From contig CAVJRQ010000089.1 in NCBI GenBank assembly GCA_963652075.1, positions 337 to 64,336 of the forward strand: a stretch of DNA of 64,000 nt, given 5' to 3'. The notes beneath the pieces are model-generated. The model saw only the letters and a list, made by a program, of their open reading frames with translations. It had not been told where the DNA came from and searched no databases. Each line of letters begins with the position of its first letter. Position 1 is the stretch's first letter. A program made the translations under genes and the position numbers. Positions 46,084 through 54,772 of this stretch are shown piece after piece. This DNA is from Acutalibacteraceae bacterium. Lineage in GTDB: Bacteria; Bacteroidota; Bacteroidia; Bacteroidales; Bacteroidaceae.

Positions 46084-46193
46084 CGTAAGTACTTTCATGA
46101 GCCAACGTAAGTACTTACGTGAGCCATCGTAAGTACTTTCATCGGGCAACGTAAGTACTTACCCCGAGCAACGTAAGTACTTTCATCGGACTA
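46084..46193. repeat. Tandem array C: 5 x 22-bp units, core palindrome (A)CGTAAGTACTTACG(T)
   Basis: Units start at 46084/46106/46128/46150/46172. Units 1, 3 and 5 read cgtaagtactttcat..., units 2 and 4 read cgtaagtacttac.... Unit 2 forms the perfect 16-mer acgtaagtacttacgt (46105-46120). Confidence 0.95.
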
Positions 46194-46195
46194 CG

Positions 46196-46236
46196 CAACA
46201 AAAGACCGCAGAACTAATCAATAGTCTGCGGTCTTT
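46196..46236 (-). terminator. Rho-independent terminator of tRNA-Ser
   Basis: aaagaccgcaga ... tctgcggtcttt. On the minus strand it is followed by ttttgtt. Confidence 0.75.
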
Positions 46237-46256
46237 CGTCTTTGACATATCAGGTT

Positions 46257-46347
46257 TGGCGGAAAGAGTGGGATTCAAACCCACGGAACGGACAAGCCGT
46301 TCACCGGATTTCGAGTCCGGCCCATTCGGTCACTCTGGCATCTTTCC
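46257..46347 (-). tRNA. tRNA-Ser (anticodon CGA), CCA encoded
   Basis: Hand-folded from the minus-strand read: acceptor GGAAAGA/TCTTTCC, anticodon stem CCGGA/TCCGG with loop CTCGAAA, long variable arm GAACGG-CTTG-TCCGTTC, T arm GTGGG-TTTGAAT-CCCAC, 3' GCCA. 91 nt. Confidence 0.9.
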
Positions 46348-46352
46348 GGGTG

Positions 46353-46360
46353 CAAAGGTA
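46353..46360 (-). promoter_or_regulatory. -7 box TACCTTTG placing the TSS at about the tRNA 5' end
   Basis: Reverse complement of caaaggta, 6 nt upstream of tRNA position 1. Confidence 0.55.
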
Positions 46361-46541
46361 CAATAATTTGCTTTCCATGTATCTTCATAGGCAAAAAAAA
46401 TTTTGAAGTCAGGCAGACAAGCTATCCTACTCGCCTACCCACACGATGATTTCTGACAGGTTCAAACGCAAATTCAGCCTGTCTTGTAAGGATAATCTGA
46501 ATTAGTTTACTATTTTTGCAAGACATAAAAACCACAAGAGG

Positions 46542-47294
46542 ATGAAACCACGCTTTATCGCCGGTCCCTGCGTCATCGAATCAATGGAAATCATGAACGA
46601 AGTGGCTGAGGAACTGGTACGACTGAATAAGAAGTACGACATAGACATCATTTTCAAGGCTTCGTTTGACAAAGCCAACCGCACTTCCATCCACTCGTTC
46701 CGCGGACCGGGCATGGAAAAGGGGCTACAGATGTTGGCGGACATACGAAGCCGATATGGGTTGAAACTGCTGACAGACATCCACGAGAGCTATCAGGCAC
46801 AACCCGTTGGCGAGGTGGTGGACGTGCTGCAAATCCCCGCGTTCCTCTGCCGGCAGACGGACTTGCTCGTTGCCGCCGCAAAGACAGGAAAGACCGTAAA
46901 TATCAAAAAGGCACAGTTCCTCTCCGGAAAGGACATGCAATACCCCGTGCAGAAGGTGCGCGAAGCGGGCAATGACAAGGTGTGGCTCACCGAACGCGGC
47001 AACATGTTCGGATACAACAACCTGATTGTGGACTTCCGCAACATTGCGGACATGAAGCTCTACGCCGACACGGTGATTATGGACTGCACGCACAGCGTGC
47101 AACGCCCGGGAGCGGCCGACGGCAAGACAGGAGGCAACCGCGAGTATGTGCCGGCAATGGCAATGGCGGCAAAGGCGTTCGGTGCCAACGGATATTTCTT
47201 TGAGGTTCATCCTTTCCCCGACGAGGCTTTGAGTGACGGCCCCAACATGCTCCACTTGAATGATTTGGAAAAAGTAATAGCTAACCTGCTGTGA
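46542..47294 (+). CDS. kdsA: 3-deoxy-8-phosphooctulonate (KDO-8-P) synthase
   Basis: FIAGPCVIES, FKASFDKANRTS, LQIPAFLCRQTDLL, DCTHSVQ blocks. A TATTTTTG box lies at 46511-46518. Confidence 0.9.
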   Translation: MKPRFIAGPCVIESMEIMNEVAEELVRLNKKYDIDIIFKASFDKANRTSIHSFRGPGMEKGLQMLADIRSRYGLKLLTDIHESYQAQPVGEVVDVLQIPAFLCRQTDLLVAAAKTGKTVNIKKAQFLSGKDMQYPVQKVREAGNDKVWLTERGNMFGYNNLIVDFRNIADMKLYADTVIMDCTHSVQRPGAADGKTGGNREYVPAMAMAAKAFGANGYFFEVHPFPDEALSDGPNMLHLNDLEKVIANLL

Positions 47295-47295
47295 G

Positions 47296-48243
47296 ATGAA
47301 AGACACCACACCATATGCCGTCAAGTGTTTCCAAGATGAAGCGCAGGCGATACTCAACCTCATTCCTATGCTCGACGAGAACTTCTCGAAAGCGGTGGAT
47401 TTGATATACAACAGCACCGGCAAGGTGGTTGTGACCGGTGTAGGGAAAAGCGGACACGTGGGCGAGAAGATTGCCGCCACATTGGCTTCGCTGGGTACGC
47501 CCTCGTTCTTCCTCAACCCGTTGGACGCTTACCATGGCGACTTGGGCATGATAGCGCAAGGGGACGTGGTGATGGCTATCAGTTACAGCGGCAACACGGA
47601 TGAGCTGTTGCGCTTTATCCCCTTGCTAATAGAACGCAACATCCCTATTATCGGTGTCTCCGGCAATCCGCAATCGTTACTCGGGCAGTATGCCTCGTGC
47701 AACCTGAATATACGCGTGGAGCGCGAGGCAGACCCGCTGAACCTGGCACCGACCTCGTCGACGACCACTACCATGGCCATGGGCGATGCCATCGCTTGCG
47801 CCTTGGTGCATCTGCGCAACTTCAAGGCTTCGGACTTCGCCCAGTTCCACCCGGGCGGCAGCTTGGGCAAGCGATTGCTGAGCAAGGTGAAGAGTTACAT
47901 GGTGTCGGACAACCTTCCCGTGGTGACCACCCACGACATGGTGAGCGACACCATCATACAGATTAGCAAGACGAAGCAAGGCATCGCCGTAGTGATAGAG
48001 GATGGGAACATCATCGGCGTGGTGACGGACGGCGACGTACGGCGCGCCATGCAGAACCGGCAGAATCACTTCTTCTCGCTCACGGTGAAGGATATCATGA
48101 GCCACAATCCCAAGACGGTACGGGAGGACGACAAATTGTCGCAGGCGGAAAAGCTGATGCGTCGGTACAACATCCACTCGTTGGTGGTAGTGAACGACGA
48201 AGGGAAATTCACGGGGCTCATTGATGCCTTCAGTTGTTTGTAA
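47296..48243 (+). CDS. kdsD: Arabinose-5-phosphate isomerase (KpsF/GutQ family; SIS + tandem CBS)
   Basis: GKVVVTGVGKSGHVGEKIAATLASLGTPSFFL SIS block. C-terminal CBS pair. Confidence 0.88.
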   Translation: MKDTTPYAVKCFQDEAQAILNLIPMLDENFSKAVDLIYNSTGKVVVTGVGKSGHVGEKIAATLASLGTPSFFLNPLDAYHGDLGMIAQGDVVMAISYSGNTDELLRFIPLLIERNIPIIGVSGNPQSLLGQYASCNLNIRVEREADPLNLAPTSSTTTTMAMGDAIACALVHLRNFKASDFAQFHPGGSLGKRLLSKVKSYMVSDNLPVVTTHDMVSDTIIQISKTKQGIAVVIEDGNIIGVVTDGDVRRAMQNRQNHFFSLTVKDIMSHNPKTVREDDKLSQAEKLMRRYNIHSLVVVNDEGKFTGLIDAFSCL

Positions 48244-48260
48244 CCTATAAATACGGCAGC

Positions 48261-48944
48261 ATGAAAACGGTAGCTTTTGTTCCCATCCGACTGAACAGCA
48301 GACGAGTAGCAGGGAAGAACATGCGGATTTTGGGCGACAGGCCGCTGATGTGCTACGTACTGGAGACGCTGGTGAAGGTACCTCGCATCGATGAAATATA
48401 CGTCTACTGTAGCCAGGACATCATCCGGCAGTACCTGCCCCATGGGGTGAAATTCCTGAAACGGTCCACTGCACTGGACAGCGACGAGACCACAGGCAGC
48501 GAGATTTACGAGGCGTTCACCCGGGAAGTAAAGGCGGACATCTACCTGTTGGCGCACACCACCTCGCCCTTCATACAGGGAGCGACCATAGAGAACGCCC
48601 TCAACAAGGTGTTGGACGAAGCCTACGACTCCGCCTTCAGCTACAAGAAGATACAGACCTTTGCATGGTATGACGGCAAGCCGCTGAACTACGACCTGAA
48701 GCACATCCCTCACACGGAGGCTCTCAAGCCCGTGATTGTGGAGACAAGTGCGTTCTTTATCTTTCGCCGTGAGGTGTGGACCGAGTACAAGCAACGCATC
48801 GGGATGCATCCTTACCTTGCCCCGGTGAGCAGAACGGAGGAACTGGACATCGACTGGCCCGAGGACTTCGAGTTCGCGGAACAGTTGCTGCAAATTGTAC
48901 ACAATAAGCAGGAGCAACCAGAAACGCACCACGCTACGCGATGA
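48261..48944 (+). CDS. Cytidylyltransferase, NeuA/KdsB (CTP_transf_3) superfamily
   Basis: MKTVAFVPIRLNSRRVAGKNMR nucleotide-binding start. About 227 aa. It resembles acylneuraminate cytidylyltransferases more than canonical KdsB. Confidence 0.65.
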   Translation: MKTVAFVPIRLNSRRVAGKNMRILGDRPLMCYVLETLVKVPRIDEIYVYCSQDIIRQYLPHGVKFLKRSTALDSDETTGSEIYEAFTREVKADIYLLAHTTSPFIQGATIENALNKVLDEAYDSAFSYKKIQTFAWYDGKPLNYDLKHIPHTEALKPVIVETSAFFIFRREVWTEYKQRIGMHPYLAPVSRTEELDIDWPEDFEFAEQLLQIVHNKQEQPETHHATR

Positions 48945-48996
48945 AGACTATATAGAGATTGGTAACTTATCTTTTAACTCGAAAAATACTATACTT

Positions 48997-51078
48997 ATGC
49001 AAAAGAAAATGATGACAACGCTCTGCGCACTACTGATGGCAGGCGGACTGGCCGCGCAAAACAAAGCGTGGTTCAACGAGAAAGAGCTGACCATCACGGG
49101 AGCTTACTACTACCCCGAGCACTGGGACGAGAGCCAATGGGAACGCGACTTGAAGAACATGCACGACATGGGATTCGAGTTCACCCACTTCGCCGAGTTC
49201 GCCTGGGCGGAGATAGAACCCGAAGAGGGCCGGTTCGACTTCAGCTGGCTGGACAAGGCCGTGGCTTTGGCGGCAAAGTACGACCTGAAGGTGATAATGT
49301 GTACCTCTACCGCTACCCCACCGGTTTGGCTGACACGTAAATATCCAGAGATATTGGTGCAGCACGAAAACGGCACACATACCGACCACGGAGCAAGACA
49401 GCACGCGTCGTTCTCCTCACCGAAGTATCGCGAGTTGGCCTACAAGATGATAGCCAAGCTGGCAGAGCACTACGGGAATGACAGCCGCATCATAGGATGG
49501 CAGTTGGACAACGAACCCGGTGTGCAGTATGACCACAGTCCGAAGGCAGAGGAGGAGTTCCGGGCGTTCCTGCGCGAAAAATACCACAACAACATCAACG
49601 AGCTGAACAAAGCCTGGGGCACGGCATTCTGGAGCCAAAGCTACAGCGACTTCAACCAGATAAACATCCCCTTGGTAAGCGAGAGCTACACCAATCACCA
49701 CTTCGTGCTGGACTACAAACGGTTCGCCGCCAAGGAGACTTGCGACTTTTTGGACGCTCAGTGCCGCCTCATCAAGCAGTACGCCAAGAACCAGTGGGTG
49801 ACGACAAACTATATCCCCAGCTACGAGAAAGGACATATCGGAGGCAGCAAGGCACTCGACTTTGTGAGCTACACGCGTTATATGGTATACGGTGTCAACG
49901 AGGGCATCGGCCGCCGTGGCTTCCGTGTGGGCAATCCGCTGCGTATCGCTTTCGCCAATGACTTTTTCCGCCCGATTGACGGCACCTATGGCGTGATGGA
50001 ACTGCAACCCGGACAGGTAAACTGGGGCTCTTGCAACTTCCAACCCCTGCCGGGTGCGGTACGTCTGTGGCTGTGGAGCGTGTTTGCCGGAGGCAGTGAC
50101 TTCGTCTGCACCTACCGCTATCGTCAACCGCTGTTCGGTACGGAGCAGTACCACTACGGCATTGTCGGACCGGACGGAGTGACGGTAACTCCCGGCGGAG
50201 CCGAGTACGCGCAGTTCATCAAAGAGATGAAGGTAATCCGCAAGGAGGCCGACAAGAAAGAGGTAGTTCCCGCAGACTACACGGCACGTCGCACGGCGAT
50301 ACTCTATAACCACGAGAACAGTTGGAACCTGGATCGCCAGAAACAGAACTACAGTTGGAACACTGGCAACCACATACGCCGCTACTACAAGGCACTGAAG
50401 AGTTTCGGCGCTCCGGTGGACGTGATAGACGAGAGTAAGGACTTCAACGCCTACCCGGTGATGGTGGTTCCGGCTTATCAGCAGGTGGACAAGGATTTGG
50501 TAAATCGATGGAAATCCTACGCCGAGCAAGGCGGCAACCTGATTCTCACCTGCCGTACGGCACAGAAAGACCGCATGGGCCGGTTACCCGAGATGGCTTT
50601 CGGAGGCATGTTGAACGAACTGACCGGTTGCGAGATGAGCTTCTTCGACCTCTTGTTGCCGGAGACACCCGGTAAAGTATCCTTGGACGGCAAGAGCTAT
50701 CAGTGGAACACGTGGGGCGAGGTGATGAAACCGGGCAAGGACGTTACCGTGCTGGCCACTTACCAGGAAGAGTTCTACGAAGGAGAGGCAGCCGTCGTCA
50801 CCCGCAAACTGGGCAAAGGCACGGTGACTTATGTGGGCGTGGATTCACAGAACGGCAACTTCGAGGCAGACCTGTTGCGCAAGCTCTACGCACAGTTTGG
50901 CATCGACGTGATGAACCTCCCCTATGGCGTAAACATCGATTACCGCAACGGCCTGGGTGTCGTGACGAACTACAGCGACAAGCCCTACACGTTCGACTTG
51001 CCGAGCGGAGCGAAGGTGCTCATTGGCGACACGACCCTCCCCACCGCAGGTGTGTTGGTGTTCAAGTGCAGGAAATAA
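48997..51078 (+). CDS. Beta-galactosidase, glycoside hydrolase family 42
   Basis: Signal peptide. YYPEHWDESQWERDLKNMHDMGFEFTHFAEFAWAEIEPEEGRFDFSWLD and GWQLDNEPG are GH42 signatures. Confidence 0.88.
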   Translation: MQKKMMTTLCALLMAGGLAAQNKAWFNEKELTITGAYYYPEHWDESQWERDLKNMHDMGFEFTHFAEFAWAEIEPEEGRFDFSWLDKAVALAAKYDLKVIMCTSTATPPVWLTRKYPEILVQHENGTHTDHGARQHASFSSPKYRELAYKMIAKLAEHYGNDSRIIGWQLDNEPGVQYDHSPKAEEEFRAFLREKYHNNINELNKAWGTAFWSQSYSDFNQINIPLVSESYTNHHFVLDYKRFAAKETCDFLDAQCRLIKQYAKNQWVTTNYIPSYEKGHIGGSKALDFVSYTRYMVYGVNEGIGRRGFRVGNPLRIAFANDFFRPIDGTYGVMELQPGQVNWGSCNFQPLPGAVRLWLWSVFAGGSDFVCTYRYRQPLFGTEQYHYGIVGPDGVTVTPGGAEYAQFIKEMKVIRKEADKKEVVPADYTARRTAILYNHENSWNLDRQKQNYSWNTGNHIRRYYKALKSFGAPVDVIDESKDFNAYPVMVVPAYQQVDKDLVNRWKSYAEQGGNLILTCRTAQKDRMGRLPEMAFGGMLNELTGCEMSFFDLLLPETPGKVSLDGKSYQWNTWGEVMKPGKDVTVLATYQEEFYEGEAAVVTRKLGKGTVTYVGVDSQNGNFEADLLRKLYAQFGIDVMNLPYGVNIDYRNGLGVVTNYSDKPYTFDLPSGAKVLIGDTTLPTAGVLVFKCRK

Positions 51079-51108
51079 CAGGAACAAACAAATTTAATTC
51101 ACAATATC

Positions 51109-52476
51109 ATGAAGCAGAAAAAATGGATGACAGTGGTGGCGGCAGCCACAATGGGACTTGCGTGCGCCTGCACGTCGAGCAAAAAGGAGGAGGCTCTCTA
51201 CTCGCAGAAGATGGTGGAGAGCCACGGGTTGGTGGACTTCTATTGTAACCGGCATTACCAAGACTCGCTGTGTCATACCGGATGGGACTATGTGTCCGGA
51301 TTGGTGGCGAATGCGGTGCTGAAGGCTTGGCAGATGTACCCCGAGAAGACCGGTTACTACGAAGCGGTGAAGGCTTTTGCCGACCACAACACAAACGAGG
51401 ACGGGTCGATGATTCTGAACGAAAAGGGCGGCAACGCCTTGCGGCCGAGCAACATCGACGACCTGCCTGCCGGGAATATCTACTTCGCCCTCTATGCCGA
51501 GGAGCTGAAAAAAGGTAACACAAAGGACGCGGAGCGCTACCGCAATGCGGCTACGGTGATACGCAACAAACTGAAGTACGAACACTCGCGCATCGCCGAA
51601 GGGCTGCCCGGAGCCGGCGGATTCTTCCACAAATCGAGCTATCCCAACCAGATGTGGCTGGACGGGCTCTTCATGGGTTCACCCATCTATGCCCAGTGGC
51701 AACATGTTTTCGGTCAAGCCGACGCACAGGACAACTCCGAAAGCTGGAGCGACATCGCCTCACAATTCAAGACGATACACAAGTATACGTATGATGAGGA
51801 AGAACAGCTGAACTACCATGCGTGGACAGCCACGCCGAATGACTCGAACGCTTTCTGGAGCAACAAGCAAGACCCCTATATGGGTTGCAGCAAGGAGTTC
51901 TGGGGCAGAGGCATGGGTTGGTACTTCGCCGCCTTGGTGGATGTATTGGAGTTCATGCCAAAGGAACATGCGGACTACCCTGCCGTGAACGCCATTCTGC
52001 AACAGGTGGCCACAGGTATCGCGCGCCGTCAGGACGAGACATCGGGAGTGTGGTACCAGTTGCTGCGCTATGATGCCAACACGACAGCGGACGGCATAGG
52101 CGACACGGTAGACGGCGAGACCTACAACATAGGGGATGCGGCGAATTACCTGGAGGCTTCCTGCTCGTGCATCTTCACCTATGCCTTCTACAAAGGCATT
52201 CGATTGGGATTGCTCGACAAAGAGGTCTATCAGTCCGTGGCGGACAAAGCCTACGCAGGTTTGCTGAAGACCTTTATCCGCGAGCAAGAGGGACGTACGG
52301 ACATCATACAGAGCTGCGCCTCCGCAGGTCTTGGCCCGGCCAAGAACCCAAGTCGTACAGGTACCGTAAACTACTACCTTTGCGGCAAAGACACCGGACT
52401 GGCACAGAACGAAGGCAAAGCCATCGGCACCTTTATCCTCGCTTCTTTGGAGCACGAAGCGGCAGCGAAGAAATAG
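51109..52476 (+). CDS. Glycoside hydrolase family 88/105 (unsaturated uronyl hydrolase) lipoprotein
   Basis: Lipobox GLACAC. WDYVSGLV, YPNQMWLDGLFMGSPIYAQW and the (alpha/alpha)6 pattern. Confidence 0.8.
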   Translation: MKQKKWMTVVAAATMGLACACTSSKKEEALYSQKMVESHGLVDFYCNRHYQDSLCHTGWDYVSGLVANAVLKAWQMYPEKTGYYEAVKAFADHNTNEDGSMILNEKGGNALRPSNIDDLPAGNIYFALYAEELKKGNTKDAERYRNAATVIRNKLKYEHSRIAEGLPGAGGFFHKSSYPNQMWLDGLFMGSPIYAQWQHVFGQADAQDNSESWSDIASQFKTIHKYTYDEEEQLNYHAWTATPNDSNAFWSNKQDPYMGCSKEFWGRGMGWYFAALVDVLEFMPKEHADYPAVNAILQQVATGIARRQDETSGVWYQLLRYDANTTADGIGDTVDGETYNIGDAANYLEASCSCIFTYAFYKGIRLGLLDKEVYQSVADKAYAGLLKTFIREQEGRTDIIQSCASAGLGPAKNPSRTGTVNYYLCGKDTGLAQNEGKAIGTFILASLEHEAAAKK

Positions 52477-52511
52477 AACAGACTCCCTTCTTTCTTGAAG
52501 AGACAATAGAA

Positions 52512-52565
52512 CAACTCCTTCCGTAAGCGAGAGAATAACCTTGCTTATGGAAGGAGTTGGTTTTT
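52512..52565 (+). terminator. Rho-independent terminator after the GH88/105 gene
   Basis: caactccttccgtaagc ... gcttatggaaggagttg followed by gttttt. Confidence 0.75.
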
Positions 52566-52617
52566 ATGCGCCATGGATTCGTTGACTATCAAGCCATGGC
52601 ACGTTTAGGGAGAGGTA

Positions 52618-54735
52618 TTAGTACTGCAGGATGTCCCAAAGGTCGCGGATGCGTTGTTCGGGATCCCACTTACCAAAGAAAGTCCACTTGGCGGTGATGC
52701 GCCAGAACTCAGGCGAACCGGGCAGTTCATCGAGGTTGTCGTTCATCCACCCGCTGTGTCCGCCGTCGCGTACACATCTATAGTAATAGGTACGCTGACC
52801 GTAGACGCAAGGGTCGAGCACTTTGTCGGAATAGGCATAATGGATATTCTCGTTGAGCACATTGCCAGAGAAGTGGCAATTGATGAGGATAAACTGCGAG
52901 TCGTGATGATAGCGGCCGAGCAGGGTCGGTGTCTTGGCATCGAAGTCGGAGTTGGTGATGACCAGACGGTTGTCCGGCGTATCGCGTCCATCATGCCAAA
53001 TCATAGCCCGGCTGTCACCGTAGAAGCGGCAACGGGTAGCGTAGCACGTACCGCGCGGACAAAGGAAATCCACACCGGGGCAGCGCAAGTAAAGGTCGGC
53101 ATGGTAGTACATGCCCTTGCCATCCCGTGCCCAAAGAGCGAGCGCGTCGTTGCCGTCAGCCCAAACGTTGCAGTTGGTGATGATGGTGCGTGTGGCGCGT
53201 CCGAAGATGGACATCTGGTGAACGGTGGTCTGCTCCACGGTTGTACCGTAATTGTTATAAGCGGTAAGGTTGTTGATGATGCAGTCGTCCGCTCCTTCGA
53301 GGAGAACGATGGCACCCATATGCACGTCCTGTCCTTTGTACTTCTCCACCATGCGTTTCTGTGAAGTCTCGGCAACAACGATGACGGTACTGTCGCGGTC
53401 CTCACCTACCAGCACAATGTTCGGACGGTCGATGATGACCTTTTGGTTGTAGGTACCCTTACGGATAAGTATCTTGTAGGGGGCTTCTGCATGCTCCGGA
53501 GCCTTCTCAATAGCCGCCTGAATGCTCTCACCCGGCTTCACCACCGCATCAAAAAGTTTGGCGTTCTTCACCGGTTTGCGGAACATCTCGAACGTTCCGT
53601 TCTCGTTGCCGCCTTTGGTAGTGAGGCTGATTTTCACCTTGTGCTTCGGGTCGTTCTGTGCAACCCACTTCTCATATTTTTCATAGAGGTCTGCCGGACC
53701 GGTGGTGTACCAGCCATAGCCGTTGCGACGTTCCGGGCCGATGTCTTCCAGACGGCGACGGGGAATACCGTCACGGTCGCATACGAACGGCTCGCAACGC
53801 TGCAAGTCGTAGAAGCGTGCCCACATAGGTTTGGCATTCGGGTCGCTCACCAAGCGAGTGTTGCGTTGTCCCTTCTCATCCACAGAACGTTCCACGCGAT
53901 AGCCCGTAATCTTATACGTGTCGAACCACTTCATGGCACCATGGATAGCCTTCTTCACCTTTGCGCTCGGGTTGGGGAGATCCATCAACAAGTCCACGAT
54001 AGAGCTGCTCTCTGCCGAACAGAACGACGGGAGTTCAAACGCCCGGGCAGGTGCAGGCTGCAAGGTTTCTCGGTCATGCTGCTGGCACCATACGGTGGGC
54101 TTGCCCTTCACCAGAATCTGTGTGGCAAGGATGCAGTCCACGCCTTTGTTGAACGATTCGGTGAGCTGGTTGCGCAGCGCCTCATCCGTGAGGTCGTCAC
54201 CATAGGGATATTCTGCCGCGATGATTTCCTGGAAGAGGCGAAGCGTGTTGACAATCGCGTCGTCATTGAAGGTAATGTGAATCTGGTAGTCACGCATCTT
54301 GGGCCAGAACTGAGGCCATCCGCCATTCTCATACTGTCCGCTAAGCAGATACTTCACGGCTTCACGGAAAGCGTCCCGATAGCGCACGTCCTTGGTCTGG
54401 TGATAGAGACGGGCCAGATAGACCATCTGCGTCGTGGTGGCATCGTTGTCGATGGTGGAATCGTCCGTACGCTCTTTGTCTTTTTGCACGTCGGCCAGTT
54501 CCTTGTCAGTGAGGCGGCGTGCCATATCGATGTTCTTAGGCCATCCGCCCGTACAACGTTGGTACACCAACACCTGGTCGCCGATGCGGCGAGCCTCATC
54601 GGTCTTGAAGAATTCCGGATCGGATATCCGGATACTGTTTCGTCCCGGACGTACCTGTGCCGTCAGGGAAAGCGAGCAGAAGAAAGCCGTTGCCACGAGC
54701 AACACTCCTCCGCGAGTTAACATTTTACATTTCAT
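52618..54735 (-). CDS. Fusion protein: PL10 pectate lyase (PelA/Pel-15E-like) N-terminal domain + CE8 pectin methylesterase C-terminal domain
   Basis: N-terminal half: QVLVYQRCTGGWPKNID, DNDATTTQMVYLARLY. C-terminal half: a parallel beta-helix esterase (YKILIRKGTYNQKVII..., QMSIFGRATR, ADGNDALA, FYGDSRAMIWHDG). The start is at MKCKM, which begins a signal peptide. Confidence 0.75.
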   Translation of the reverse strand: MKCKMLTRGGVLLVATAFFCSLSLTAQVRPGRNSIRISDPEFFKTDEARRIGDQVLVYQRCTGGWPKNIDMARRLTDKELADVQKDKERTDDSTIDNDATTTQMVYLARLYHQTKDVRYRDAFREAVKYLLSGQYENGGWPQFWPKMRDYQIHITFNDDAIVNTLRLFQEIIAAEYPYGDDLTDEALRNQLTESFNKGVDCILATQILVKGKPTVWCQQHDRETLQPAPARAFELPSFCSAESSSIVDLLMDLPNPSAKVKKAIHGAMKWFDTYKITGYRVERSVDEKGQRNTRLVSDPNAKPMWARFYDLQRCEPFVCDRDGIPRRRLEDIGPERRNGYGWYTTGPADLYEKYEKWVAQNDPKHKVKISLTTKGGNENGTFEMFRKPVKNAKLFDAVVKPGESIQAAIEKAPEHAEAPYKILIRKGTYNQKVIIDRPNIVLVGEDRDSTVIVVAETSQKRMVEKYKGQDVHMGAIVLLEGADDCIINNLTAYNNYGTTVEQTTVHQMSIFGRATRTIITNCNVWADGNDALALWARDGKGMYYHADLYLRCPGVDFLCPRGTCYATRCRFYGDSRAMIWHDGRDTPDNRLVITNSDFDAKTPTLLGRYHHDSQFILINCHFSGNVLNENIHYAYSDKVLDPCVYGQRTYYYRCVRDGGHSGWMNDNLDELPGSPEFWRITAKWTFFGKWDPEQRIRDLWDILQY

Positions 54736-54772
54736 AATAATTGGTATTAGTATTAATAGAGTAAAAAACACG

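Noticed and set aside
46196-46360. An integrated mobile element at tRNA-Ser.
   Set aside because: The window contains no integrase, no duplicated tRNA 3' end and no obvious att repeat. Only the unexplained array C is adjacent, and it is reported separately.
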